Below, in pieces: positions 16,924-27,217 of a stretch of 64,000 bases of DNA. Made by a program: the position numbers and the translations under genes. Position 1 is the stretch's first letter. Each line of letters starts with the position of its first letter. This stretch comes from a virus (taxonomy: Duplodnaviria > Heunggongvirae > Uroviricota > Caudoviricetes). The notes beneath the pieces are model-generated. The model saw only the letters and a program-made list of their open reading frames with translations, ran no database searches and had not been told where the DNA came from. The stretch lies in IMG/VR virus record IMGVR_UViG_3300021431_000002; one strand, given 5' to 3'.

Positions 16924-18585
16924 TTAATCATCCATTAATATATCTCTTATCTCCAACAATTTTGCAATATCTTTAACAATATTATTTTTGTCAAATGTCA
17001 TTTCGTTTAATTGGCTACTCAAGCCTTTTAATTCTTCGTTGTTTGAATCTTCTTTAAGCATTGATGTGATGGCTGTTAGACAATCCTCTTTAAGTTTATT
17101 AAACAGTTTCTCTTTTCTCTGCTCTGCAATTGGGCTTCTAAAATCTGTAATTTGCTGCACAAATGACATTTCAGATTCATTAAGGTTTGTTTTCATCTTG
17201 TCCTCAAACTCACTTATCAAATCGTCAATATTTTTGCTTTCTTTAATCACATCGTTTTTATGATTTTCCATATATTGGCAAACCGTATGATAACTTTCGA
17301 TGAGTGGTATCATATTTGCAGTTGTTTTCTTATGTGTTAGAATAATATGGCCTGATTCATATAGTTTTCTACTTTCATCATCGATGAAATCACTAGGAAT
17401 TATATTGTTTTCAAGCATCACTTTTCTAAGTTTTTTATTTGACTCCCTAACTGTTTTCTGGTTTATTCCCTTAACAGAAATATCAGCCAATTTCTCTAGC
17501 ACTTCTTTTGCTTCGGCAATAGTTGCAGCCTTGCCCTTATATTGCGTTTTAATCGCATTGTAGAAGGCAAATTCGTTCTTGAGGTTACTATCTTCCTTTA
17601 TTAATTTTACAACGTCTCTGACAGCCTTTTTGTTCGTCTTAAATAACGTAGGCAATTGCTGTTCAAATATATGATTTAAGATACCGAAATTATTAGTTTT
17701 CATTTCAGACGATAATTCATTCTCATGTTTATTATCTTCAATGGTTTCATCTAGCATACGTTTTGCTGCATTATAAGCACCGAAATCATTTCTTTTAAGT
17801 GCCTCATTCATTATTTCAATATAGTTTGAAAACTCTTTTTGATATTTATTCTCTTTCATATCGTTTTCTTTTATTGTGTTTTTAGGTTCTTTTTCTTCTT
17901 GGTGTATCAATGAATTGTATTGCGCTATTGTCATGTTGCCCAATTTGGCGGTTTTGTCGGCTAATTTAGAATTAGGCGTATTATATTTCCTTACAATGTC
18001 AACCATCCATTCTGGAAATGAATATGACCCTTTTATATTCATTCCCATTAATCTAATATCTGTTGGACTAACATATTGGTCGTTTGAGTTAATATACCAA
18101 ATGACATTGGCATCTCCAGCCTTTACTTCATCATTACCACCCCATTTTTGTTCCTCTGGATAAACATAACTATAATCTTGGAATTTTTCTACCCCACCTA
18201 GATTTTCAAGTATTTCATATAATTTTTCTGAAGATACTTTATGCCAAGTTGTAATAATTTTCGGCTCGTCAAACGTTCTTCCTTTAAATGCTGCTGTGTC
18301 GTTAACAGCACGTCCAATACCTTCTATGTCATCATCTTCTATATCTTCACTAGATATTGCTTTACCAAGTATTTCATAACCAATTTTTTGAGACAAATGG
18401 TAATGGCAAGTATCCGCTTCGGAAACAAATTCCTTTTCTCCGTCTAATGATGTTTGAAACCACCCGAATGAGATTCCCTTATCTCCGTCAAAATACCAAG
18501 ACCTCATGTATTTATCAGTGGAATCATCATACTCCGACATTGTATCAGGGTTTCCTTGAAAATATTCTAATATAATTTTTTTCAT
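16924..18585 (-). CDS. Two-part putative head protein (accessory N-terminal domain plus helical C-terminal domain)
   Basis: Start at MKKIILE after TATTTATA (18601-18608); internal TIKENDMKEN linker; VIKES and LNES sites. Confidence 0.65.
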   Translation of the reverse strand: MKKIILEYFQGNPDTMSEYDDSTDKYMRSWYFDGDKGISFGWFQTSLDGEKEFVSEADTCHYHLSQKIGYEILGKAISSEDIEDDDIEGIGRAVNDTAAFKGRTFDEPKIITTWHKVSSEKLYEILENLGGVEKFQDYSYVYPEEQKWGGNDEVKAGDANVIWYINSNDQYVSPTDIRLMGMNIKGSYSFPEWMVDIVRKYNTPNSKLADKTAKLGNMTIAQYNSLIHQEEKEPKNTIKENDMKENKYQKEFSNYIEIMNEALKRNDFGAYNAAKRMLDETIEDNKHENELSSEMKTNNFGILNHIFEQQLPTLFKTNKKAVRDVVKLIKEDSNLKNEFAFYNAIKTQYKGKAATIAEAKEVLEKLADISVKGINQKTVRESNKKLRKVMLENNIIPSDFIDDESRKLYESGHIILTHKKTTANMIPLIESYHTVCQYMENHKNDVIKESKNIDDLISEFEDKMKTNLNESEMSFVQQITDFRSPIAEQRKEKLFNKLKEDCLTAITSMLKEDSNNEELKGLSSQLNEMTFDKNNIVKDIAKLLEIRDILMDD

Positions 18586-18650
18586 TGAAACATTATTTCT
18601 TATAAATATCATCGTAAAATAAAAAGCGTGACCATTGCCACGCTCTTTAT

Positions 18651-20672
18651 TTATTCATCAACATATTTGTTAAGTGCTTTAATCATCTTATCAAATTCCT
18701 CATTAATCATAACACTTTCACTATCATATACATCTGCACGTTTATATGATGCCTCTTGTGGCTTTACAGAATGTTCATCAAGCATATTCATGTATTTATC
18801 AAACATGCTTTCAACTATTAATGGTTTTTTGGTATTGAATGATTCCATTGGTGCATTTGGGTCAGAACCCATGTCGGCTGTTGGCATAGAGCCTTCTGCT
18901 CCAGCAATGTCTCCACCGCTTCCATCATCACCAGGTGCTCCGAGTCCGTCTAGGTCTCCTCCCATGTCACCTTCTCCACCCATAGGTGCTGGAGGTGGTG
19001 CGCCACCGCCTCCCATGCCTCCATTATTACCCATGCCTCCTTGACCTTGTTGGTCATCCATATATTCGGCACCAGGCTCACCGTATATTCTGTCAACAGT
19101 ATCGAATATACCAGTTTTCTTGATGATTTGAGTTGTTTTCTCAAGTTCAGCAGCAATACCTTTTTCAAGACGTATTTCTTCAAGATTCTCTTTAATTTCT
19201 TTTTCAGACCATTTCATTATCTGTTTTAATGCACGAGTCTGAGACATAACTGGAAGACCATTACCTGGGTCACTAACAGCATCCCTAACAGCATCAATCT
19301 TCTTCTGCATATTTTCTATCTCCAAACCTTCTGCTTGAGTTGATGGATTGTTCATCGACAAAGTGAAATTATTTAACTCATCGTTAAAGCCAAGCAAAAA
19401 TAAATGTATTGATGCAACTTTCGTTAATTCCATCAAAAATGCTTGCTGAATTCTATTTACTGTTCTAGTAAAACGAATATCCATTAACGCTAGGTTTTTA
19501 CCATCACCAGCAGTCTCTTCAAAATTCAAGAATGACTTAGGTATTCTAAGTGCTGTCAGTACTTTGTTCTGTACAAACTTGATGTCATCCAATGCGGTCA
19601 TGTTCTGTGCAGCAGACAATGTATCAATTGGTGTTGGCGCATTCTCATCACGAACAGGAATAAAAATATCTTGGTCAACTGATAATATATTTTTACGAAG
19701 GTCAATTTGCCCAGTCATTGGGTCAACAATTGGTGTCCTTTTAAATTCATTTGCGATTCTCTCAACATATGCTTGAACATCTGCATCATCAATTGCGCCA
19801 ACGAATATTTTATACACACGTCTTTCAATTGAGCGTTCCAAACGATATATAAGCATCATGTCTTCCATAAGAGAAAGCATACGCCAATGCCTACGTGCTG
19901 CATTAAGATAACTAACTCCGTAAGGTAAATATAATGAATTGGTAAGTAATCTGAAATGCGCTATTTGCCAATCACGGAATGGTATTTGGGAGTTGTTATC
20001 ATCTAGCCAAATAAATTGTGTTGACATATCAGCATTATCCTTGGTGATTCCATTTACCGCAATTGACGCACCAGCACCATATGGATTTTGTATTCCGTTT
20101 TCAATTCTTTCCATATTGAAAACTGGCATTTGTTTCCACCCCTTTACGCCATTTTTGTTATCAATATCCAAAAGCATAAATTGGTTTCCATACTTACACA
20201 TTGCACGAATTATCATTTGCCCAGTTAACTGTATATTCAATCTATTTACGAACAAATCTTCTAGTATACTTTTAATACGGTCAGATTTTGAATATACATT
20301 TACAATCATCCCTTTATCATTCGTAATGGTACTTTCCTCTGATACAATATCCAATGCAGCACCAATCTCTGGAAATGCATCCATCAAATCAGCGTCACGA
20401 TACATAAGCTTAACATTGTTAAGTCCAGCATATGCCGTAACAGACAGATTTACATTGGCTTTAATCCACCTATCCTTTAAATATTTATTTTGTTGAAGCT
20501 CTAGTTTTTTAGTGGTATAGTCTTCCTTGCTATCGGTTTTATATAATATTTTACCACCGTTGCTAGTCATGTCATATGTGTTGACATGTGGCATAGCATT
20601 ATCTTGAGGATTCCAATTACCAGTAATCGCTTTATCTAGGGCTTGAAACACAGTTCCATTTTTCTTAGCCAT
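18651..20672 (-). CDS. Portal protein (T4 gp20-like)
   Basis: PEIGAALDIVSEE, LMEDMMLIYRLERSIERRVYKIFVG, DIFIPVR...IDTL, DIRFTRTVNRIQ. Confidence 0.95.
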   Translation of the reverse strand: MAKKNGTVFQALDKAITGNWNPQDNAMPHVNTYDMTSNGGKILYKTDSKEDYTTKKLELQQNKYLKDRWIKANVNLSVTAYAGLNNVKLMYRDADLMDAFPEIGAALDIVSEESTITNDKGMIVNVYSKSDRIKSILEDLFVNRLNIQLTGQMIIRAMCKYGNQFMLLDIDNKNGVKGWKQMPVFNMERIENGIQNPYGAGASIAVNGITKDNADMSTQFIWLDDNNSQIPFRDWQIAHFRLLTNSLYLPYGVSYLNAARRHWRMLSLMEDMMLIYRLERSIERRVYKIFVGAIDDADVQAYVERIANEFKRTPIVDPMTGQIDLRKNILSVDQDIFIPVRDENAPTPIDTLSAAQNMTALDDIKFVQNKVLTALRIPKSFLNFEETAGDGKNLALMDIRFTRTVNRIQQAFLMELTKVASIHLFLLGFNDELNNFTLSMNNPSTQAEGLEIENMQKKIDAVRDAVSDPGNGLPVMSQTRALKQIMKWSEKEIKENLEEIRLEKGIAAELEKTTQIIKKTGIFDTVDRIYGEPGAEYMDDQQGQGGMGNNGGMGGGGAPPPAPMGGEGDMGGDLDGLGAPGDDGSGGDIAGAEGSMPTADMGSDPNAPMESFNTKKPLIVESMFDKYMNMLDEHSVKPQEASYKRADVYDSESVMINEEFDKMIKALNKYVDE

Positions 20673-20728
20673 GACAATTTTTTATATAAAAAATAATTAT
20701 TCTTCTATAAATATAAATATAAATTAAG

Positions 20729-22606
20729 TTAACGTTGCATTCCGAATACCCACATGCAGCTTCCATTAGGTATATGGTCAAATTTATTGATATTTTTACT
20801 GTTATAAAAGGGTAGACCATTTTGTGGCGTTATCGGGTTGCCATAGTTGATTTTAGGCTTATTCATATTAATGGCATTGGACATCATATATGCATTTAAT
20901 ATTGATTTGTCTTTGTTAACGGTATTTTGTATTCTGTTAACAGTAAACTGCATAACAAATAATCCCATTGCTAGTGATGTCAAAGTATCATCGTGAGCAC
21001 CGTCTTGGTGGTCAATTCTAGCGTTCTCTCCCTTGAATATCCAAGTTTCAAGTTCATTGATAACTCTAGCAGAACGTATCTTAAATTCATCATTACGAAC
21101 CAAACCAGCAAAATTTGCTAATACTGGATAACGGTTTCCTTGGAAATGGAAACCAGGTAACTTATCCGTGTATCCATCATAGTTTTTGGTTGACCTTTGT
21201 ACAGTATAAGTCTTTTGATTAGAGTCCTCATAATACAAATTCTTATAACCCATCTGAAGCATTGTTAAAATGCAAGCGTCTCCTTGACCGCCAGTACAGT
21301 CAACAACAACAAACGCATCATTATACATCGTGGCATATTGATAGCACAATGCGCCAATATCATCACCAAGTTTTTTGCCCACATATTCCGCAACTTGTTC
21401 AATTATTGGCATTCCATTTTCATCCCTACCGTCCATATCAATGATTTCAATGGCAGTTCTATCGGCTGAAACACCCCTAGACGGGTCGCAAGCCAAAATA
21501 TAACGGTGTCCATCAATCGGTTTTTTCCAAAACCAAGTTTCCTCAACCAACGGGTCAACAAAATCAGATAAAGGTTCTCTAGTATTTAATTTCTCTTGCA
21601 TTTCAATAAACTCTGGGGCAACAACGTTATCAGCAGAACCCATGAATGACACATCAAGCTCTTGCGCAATTTTCATTGAGTCATTGTTGAACTGTTTACA
21701 CATTTCATCGTACCAAGGTGCGGATGGTTTCCAACCACTATGCTCTAGTCTAGCCCATCTTTCCTCGTTATATGCAATGCCACCTTCTCCATCAACAATC
21801 GGGTCTTGGTCATACATCCATTCGCCTGTATCTTCGTTTTTCTTTTTCCAAACAAGATATTTGTTAAAACGAGGGTCTTGATACCAACGGAACTGTACAG
21901 CGACAAAGTTATTTTCTTTACTAAGTGCTTGTCTGTAAGTATTATAATACAACTCGTCTCTACCATTAGGCGTAGATACCATCACAGTTTTGGAGTTTGG
22001 GTTTGATGCCATTGTTGCAGCAGCAGTAGTAAATGCAGCAACACCTTCCTCAATAAATGCAGCCTCATCAAGAATCAATACAGATACAGCAGAAATACCA
22101 CGAGAGGCATTAGGACCAGAAGCACGAGCAATAACTCTACAACCATTGAATAATTTTAACTCACCTTTTGCGTCTTTTAAGAATATGGATTTCGTGTTTT
22201 TCTCAGAATTTGGGTCTGGCGAAAAATAATCGTTTCCCCACATCCAACGAGGTACTTGCTCTAAGAAATCACGGATTTTAATAATAATTTCTTGTGCTTG
22301 CTCAAGTTTGTTTGCAATACACAAAACAGTTTCTGGTGCATCTTTTGAGGCAAAAACGCATTGTCCAGTAACCCATGCGCTAGATAAAGTTGTAATACCA
22401 CACTGTCTAGGCTTAATTGCAACAACATTTCTGTTTTCTGAAAGGGCTTTCAGAAATGCCCTTTGTCTTGGGAAACAATGAAATTGTGTTTTTTTACCCT
22501 TAGTCGCATTAAACGTACTAAGGTATGTTTCGATGAATTTTATTCGAGATTTGTCCGCATAACATAATGCGTAATCCCTTTGCATTTGAGCGAAATCGTA
22601 TATCAT
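20729..22606 (-). CDS. Terminase large subunit (T4 gp17-like)
   Basis: KPRQCGITT (Walker A), LILDEAAFI (Walker B), STPNG, RNase H-like ACDPSRG and HDD. Confidence 0.95.
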   Translation of the reverse strand: MIYDFAQMQRDYALCYADKSRIKFIETYLSTFNATKGKKTQFHCFPRQRAFLKALSENRNVVAIKPRQCGITTLSSAWVTGQCVFASKDAPETVLCIANKLEQAQEIIIKIRDFLEQVPRWMWGNDYFSPDPNSEKNTKSIFLKDAKGELKLFNGCRVIARASGPNASRGISAVSVLILDEAAFIEEGVAAFTTAAATMASNPNSKTVMVSTPNGRDELYYNTYRQALSKENNFVAVQFRWYQDPRFNKYLVWKKKNEDTGEWMYDQDPIVDGEGGIAYNEERWARLEHSGWKPSAPWYDEMCKQFNNDSMKIAQELDVSFMGSADNVVAPEFIEMQEKLNTREPLSDFVDPLVEETWFWKKPIDGHRYILACDPSRGVSADRTAIEIIDMDGRDENGMPIIEQVAEYVGKKLGDDIGALCYQYATMYNDAFVVVDCTGGQGDACILTMLQMGYKNLYYEDSNQKTYTVQRSTKNYDGYTDKLPGFHFQGNRYPVLANFAGLVRNDEFKIRSARVINELETWIFKGENARIDHQDGAHDDTLTSLAMGLFVMQFTVNRIQNTVNKDKSILNAYMMSNAINMNKPKINYGNPITPQNGLPFYNSKNINKFDHIPNGSCMWVFGMQR

Positions 22607-22703
22607 AATTGTAACTGTCTAAATTTTAATAAATATTACGTAACTTTCAAAAGTTATTTTTTTGATAAATATTTACAAAATAAAAAAAGAGTAACTACTA
22701 CAG

Positions 22704-24392
22704 TTACTCTTCATTATCAATGTATTTTGGTAATTCTGATTTCAATATTGCATAATAATCACATATCGTTTCATTTTCGAAATTGTTGTATGTGTCTTGA
22801 AATACAGCGATGTCGTTAAACGAATTAAGTTTTCCAAATATACCCCTAATACCGTCATCATTATGTCTTGTTGAGTGCCTACTGCATATTGCGCCAAACT
22901 CACGAACAGCCTTTGCATATATTTTAGTTCCTAATCCGTAGCCTCTAAGTTGTGGGTCTAAAATAATATCAATATTCAATAACTGCTGTTTGCCAGTAGG
23001 AAAACGTTTATAAACAACTCTAAAATCTAGGTTAACCAATTCACTAGGTATTTCGATGCCATCAACTGAAAGATAAACTTTTTCCCCATACTCATCTGAT
23101 TCACCTTCAATAAAATCAATGTTATCAACAGTTGCATTGGCTATAATAGCCATGATTTCAGAATTTTGTTCTTCTCCATTTTCTTCAATTACATCACCTT
23201 CCTCTACGTCAGAATCCAATTCATACCCGTTGGTTTCAGCTCCAGTGAAATACGAATCTTTAATTAATGATTTGTCTACATTTTTGGCGTTTATTCTGTT
23301 GGTAAACTGTTGGTATCCATTGTCATATTCAGCGTCTTTCATTAAATTGTTGACAATTTCATTACCCTTTTCAGTATTAGACAATATTTCTTTAACTGAC
23401 AAGTTGAACTCGTTTGTTGGAATTTTAACGAAAGATGTAAACATATAAGGAATCATATTCGTGTCCTCTACGCCACCGAAAATCATTTCCCATAAGCCAA
23501 CACCAAGCCTTAAATCCCAAGGCTCTGCAAGAACGAAATCAGCCTTTTTAACGATATACTGTGCTTTATCCCTATCTTGTGGTAAGCCATGCGCTGAAAA
23601 TAGTTCAAATAAACCCTTAATGGACTCTTGGAACAGCAACGGGAAAACAAGACCTTGTACTTTTATTGTTGTTTTTGCATCTGCAATTCCTAGGTGTGTC
23701 TCAACATACGAACCTTGCATTGGTTTATCATCAGACATTTCTTCTTTCTTAGTAAAAAGCAAGTAATCGTTAATTATTCTAATCTTTCTATATAATCTAG
23801 GGAGTTTCGGATTTATTTTATCTATATCATCAATATATAATCCTTCTATTCCGCTATATAAGTATGCAGCACCTTGTATAAGGGCATTGATGAATCTTCT
23901 TTTTCCAACAGCCTTATTAGACAAATCAATATCAGCAATATCTTTGAATGTATATTTCGCATCATCATTAGACTCTGGTCTCATTCTAATAGCACTTTTA
24001 AATTTGATTTTATCTACCAATTTAAAAGACATATTAATTGATTCTTCTGGAATTGCAAACAATCTGTTTAACGCATTCTCACATATTTTCTCTAATGCGT
24101 CTCTCACTGGTTCTTCTAATCTTTTACATTCTGTTACCAACGAACTTAGTTCGCTAACTAAATCGTCTTCGTTTAATGACACTAAACCAATATCATCTAT
24201 CGCATCACAAACTTCGTTATATCTTTTTTTCAGCAAGACATAATCAAAAGGATAATCGTCACTAGAGGGAAACGCTTCATTATCTCCTAGTGATGTCGTA
24301 TGTGTTTTAACCAATTTAAATAAAAACTGTGGCAAAAGTCTTCCATTAACCACATTCGATATTGTATTCTCGCTGATGTATATTTTTTTCAT
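22704..24392 (-). CDS. Putative head protein with a C-terminal GNAT acetyltransferase-like domain
   Basis: MKKIYISEN leader; acidic linker VIEENGEE; C-terminal IILDPQLRGYGLGTKIY (acetyl-CoA motif A). Confidence 0.65.
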   Translation of the reverse strand: MKKIYISENTISNVVNGRLLPQFLFKLVKTHTTSLGDNEAFPSSDDYPFDYVLLKKRYNEVCDAIDDIGLVSLNEDDLVSELSSLVTECKRLEEPVRDALEKICENALNRLFAIPEESINMSFKLVDKIKFKSAIRMRPESNDDAKYTFKDIADIDLSNKAVGKRRFINALIQGAAYLYSGIEGLYIDDIDKINPKLPRLYRKIRIINDYLLFTKKEEMSDDKPMQGSYVETHLGIADAKTTIKVQGLVFPLLFQESIKGLFELFSAHGLPQDRDKAQYIVKKADFVLAEPWDLRLGVGLWEMIFGGVEDTNMIPYMFTSFVKIPTNEFNLSVKEILSNTEKGNEIVNNLMKDAEYDNGYQQFTNRINAKNVDKSLIKDSYFTGAETNGYELDSDVEEGDVIEENGEEQNSEIMAIIANATVDNIDFIEGESDEYGEKVYLSVDGIEIPSELVNLDFRVVYKRFPTGKQQLLNIDIILDPQLRGYGLGTKIYAKAVREFGAICSRHSTRHNDDGIRGIFGKLNSFNDIAVFQDTYNNFENETICDYYAILKSELPKYIDNEE

Positions 24393-24393
24393 C

Positions 24394-24846
24394 TTATATC
24401 TCTCTTAAAAATTTGTGCAACTCTTTTTTAGTGAATGGGATTGAATTTTTTCTCATTTCTACAATTCTTGACTCATTTGTATTCATTGATGAAGAAGATG
24501 TTTGAGGCTTCGTAAATGTAATCTGAGCGTCATCAGCACTTTGGTCTTTTGTCATTCGCTGGGCTTGCGCAAGTTGTTTCCCAGTGGCGTTAACTGGCAC
24601 CTCTAGTTTTAGCCCTTCACCGCTGTTTGCGTCATTTTGTCCATCTGCCTTACCAGCTTCCACAGAAGCACTATCAACTCCAGCGTTTTGGTTCATTAAC
24701 TGTTTTGCTTTCATTTGGGCTTGCTGAATTCCGTTTGCCATACCAATATTGGCATCCAATTCATTAAGTCTTAGTTGGCTTTTTGAATAGATTCTTCCTT
24801 CACCTAAATTTATTAAGTTATTGTTTCTTTTTACTAGTATTTTCAT
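24394..24846 (-). CDS. Putative head-associated protein
   Basis: 150 aa with LNE, TNES and IVE sites; TATTTATA at 24861-24868. Confidence 0.65.
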   Translation of the reverse strand: MKILVKRNNNLINLGEGRIYSKSQLRLNELDANIGMANGIQQAQMKAKQLMNQNAGVDSASVEAGKADGQNDANSGEGLKLEVPVNATGKQLAQAQRMTKDQSADDAQITFTKPQTSSSSMNTNESRIVEMRKNSIPFTKKELHKFLREI

Positions 24847-24884
24847 AATAACAATTTTTATATAAATATCTATTTATAACAAAA

Positions 24885-24911
24885 AAAAGGATACCTCATT
24901 GGTATCCTTTT
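24885..24911 (-). terminator. Intrinsic terminator
   Basis: AAAAGGATACC-N5-GGTATCCTTTT. Confidence 0.8.
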
Positions 24912-24918
24912 TATTTAT

Positions 24919-25431
24919 TTAGAATGGAGATTTAAACGGCATTTCAACATTTCTATATTGTTTTGGCAATTTCTTCTCTGGTCTTTTAGTTCCTTCTCTA
25001 TTGTCCAAAACATCATTTATGACTTCATCTATAAGATTCATTACATTTCGTCTAGATTCCATTGGCATTTCTCCACCCATATCTGGTGTTTCCTCCCCAT
25101 TGGAATCATCAGCCATACTTTTAGCGTATTTTGTTACTGCTGCCTTGTCTTCGATTGATAAACCATTGATAATATTCATTAGTTCATCATCACCACCCAT
25201 AGCATTAGGGTCTTGTCCACCCATGCCGTTTGGGTCTTCTCCCATAGGGTCAGCACCGCCCATAGCATTAGGGTCATCCATTCCCATATCATCAGGACCC
25301 ATTGGTGGCATTGGAGCATTATCTAAATCACCCATGCCATCCATATCGCCACCCATAGGGTCACTGTTTGGTATTTCTAACTTAGTAGGTCTTTCTTCAA
25401 AAACCCCTTCGTTTACCTTTTGTTTTTTTTT
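24919..25431 (-). CDS. Gly/Met/Asp-rich ORF, probably a -1 frameshift extension of the upstream scaffold-like gene
   Basis: The frame is open from the A9 run (KQKVNEGVFEERPTKLEIPNSDPMGG...). The first ATG (25356) lies inside a low-complexity tract. Confidence 0.65.
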   Translation of the reverse strand, partial: KKKQKVNEGVFEERPTKLEIPNSDPMGGDMDGMGDLDNAPMPPMGPDDMGMDDPNAMGGADPMGEDPNGMGGQDPNAMGGDDELMNIINGLSIEDKAAVTKYAKSMADDSNGEETPDMGGEMPMESRRNVMNLIDEVINDVLDNREGTKRPEKKLPKQYRNVEMPFKSPF

Positions 25432-27137
25432 AGACGATTGAATGCTTCAGCAATTGCGTTATCAATTGATTGTGGGTCAATCTCGAATGGAGCACCGTCA
25501 CCAATCTTTTCACCATAAGGATTATCATTTCTTACTGAATCATCATTCATGTCATAGTATCCAGGGAATTCTTGCAAATCCTTTGGAGGCAATTCCATCA
25601 CTTTCTTCTGATATGCTGGGTGTTTACCGAAGTCATCCAACTTGTTCATATTACCACTAGGAACACGTCCAGCATCCTTAAAAGGTGTCATTCCATCCTC
25701 GTTGATTCTTCTTCTACGTGCTTCATTCATTCTCTCTCTACGCATTGCATTTCTAAATGCCCTAGTCTCATAAATCTGTACGCCACCTCTGCGTCTTCTG
25801 CTTTCCATTGGCATTTCATCGTCCTCTGCACCAAAATCATCTTTGCCTCCGAAGTCATCTTCTGCCCCAAAATCGTCGCCACCTTCGTCATCGAAAAGTT
25901 CATCATCGCCATATGCATCATCATCGACTGGTCCAGCATCAACTCCGAGTTTAGCAGCAATCTGGTTCAAAAGCTCTTCCATTGCGTCAAGACGAGACTC
26001 TGTATCGTCCTCATATACGTCATCTTCATCACCAAGGTCATCATCGCCAAGTTCTTCGCCATCTTCGCCATTTTCAGCACCCAAGTCATCACCTATTGGG
26101 TCTCCACCAAAGTCATCATCGCCAAGTTCTTCACCACTTTCAGCACCTAAGTCATCACCCATTGGGTCTTCTTCGCCTTCAGCACCGAAATCATCAATAG
26201 CCTCGTCAATTTGTTTACCTTTTTCATCATCAAATGGTTTATTATTGTCATCAGATGGTCCTTCGCCAACACCAACACTTGGACTGTTCTGGTTATCAGC
26301 ATCATGCATTGAAGTTCCGTGATTCTCAACTACGCCATTTTTCATTTCGCCAGTTTTAGATACTTTCTTATCTCCATCATCAATGTTTCTTGCGGTTGCA
26401 TCATCGAATGGAGCACTATCGCCAATCTCAGTTCCATGAGATTTGTCCATATAGTCATCGTTTCCACGATTCCAGCCAAGTACCTCTTCCTCATTTACAG
26501 ATTCGCACTGACATGGGTTTTTACCACATTTAGGACAAGTCTTACCTTCAGTCATTTCTTTTGGAAGTTCAGCCTTTTCGTGGTCTACTGCATTTTCAGC
26601 ATTACCAGTTTGAGGTTTCTCACTCTTTCCGATATTATCTTTTGGAGTGCTAGGAACATCACAGCAAACAGCTTTCTTTTCATTGATAGCCATTGCATTC
26701 TTCATAATCTGGCGTTCACGTAAAATTTCTTTCTGCATTTTCTCAGAAGATTCAGCAACTACATTTTCTTTGCCCTCTAGATTCCAAGAACTAACCTTGA
26801 AATCATTTTTATTAGCAGCCTCCTTTAAAGACATCATCTTTAAATCAAACTGTTTCTGAGCGTTTGCGAAAGAATTATATTCATTTTCCTTTCTGTTTCT
26901 AAATCCACCGATGTAAGAAAAATCTTCTTTAATGAGATTTGATTTGTTAGGAGCAGATTTAATATAGTATTTAGTACCCTCACGCACAATTCCATATACT
27001 TTTCCATCAGCACCAACTTTCTGGTACTCAACAGTGCTATATGCTTGCTTGTTTTCAGTCTTTAAGCCATAATTCATCAATGACTTCATCCTGTTCATGG
27101 TATTTAACTGCTCACTTGTGTAATTTTTACTATCCAT
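25413..27137 (-). CDS. Second acidic scaffold/core-like protein
   Basis: Acidic DDLG/DDFG repeats, many x-x-E sites, motifs shared with the 10451 scaffold; TATTTATA at 27172-27179. Confidence 0.7.
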   Translation of the reverse strand: MDSKNYTSEQLNTMNRMKSLMNYGLKTENKQAYSTVEYQKVGADGKVYGIVREGTKYYIKSAPNKSNLIKEDFSYIGGFRNRKENEYNSFANAQKQFDLKMMSLKEAANKNDFKVSSWNLEGKENVVAESSEKMQKEILRERQIMKNAMAINEKKAVCCDVPSTPKDNIGKSEKPQTGNAENAVDHEKAELPKEMTEGKTCPKCGKNPCQCESVNEEEVLGWNRGNDDYMDKSHGTEIGDSAPFDDATARNIDDGDKKVSKTGEMKNGVVENHGTSMHDADNQNSPSVGVGEGPSDDNNKPFDDEKGKQIDEAIDDFGAEGEEDPMGDDLGAESGEELGDDDFGGDPIGDDLGAENGEDGEELGDDDLGDEDDVYEDDTESRLDAMEELLNQIAAKLGVDAGPVDDDAYGDDELFDDEGGDDFGAEDDFGGKDDFGAEDDEMPMESRRRRGGVQIYETRAFRNAMRRERMNEARRRRINEDGMTPFKDAGRVPSGNMNKLDDFGKHPAYQKKVMELPPKDLQEFPGYYDMNDDSVRNDNPYGEKIGDGAPFEIDPQSIDNAIAEAFNRLKKNKR

Positions 27138-27217
27138 AATTAATATATTAATTTTTCAGTCTTATTTTAAATATAAATATTTTAAAGTATTAAAAAATAT
27201 CACTTTATGCATTATTA

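Noticed and set aside
18628-19044. Antisense ORFs over low-complexity genes (also 25001-25441, 25572-26322, 49907-50491, 51783-52466)
   Set aside because: They are shadows of well-supported genes on the opposite strand, with no promoters or motifs.
25820-26200. Repeated AAGTCATC-containing units suggesting a CRISPR or tandem array
   Set aside because: They are irregular, degenerate codon repeats of DDLG/DDFG in a low-complexity protein, with no repeat-spacer periodicity.
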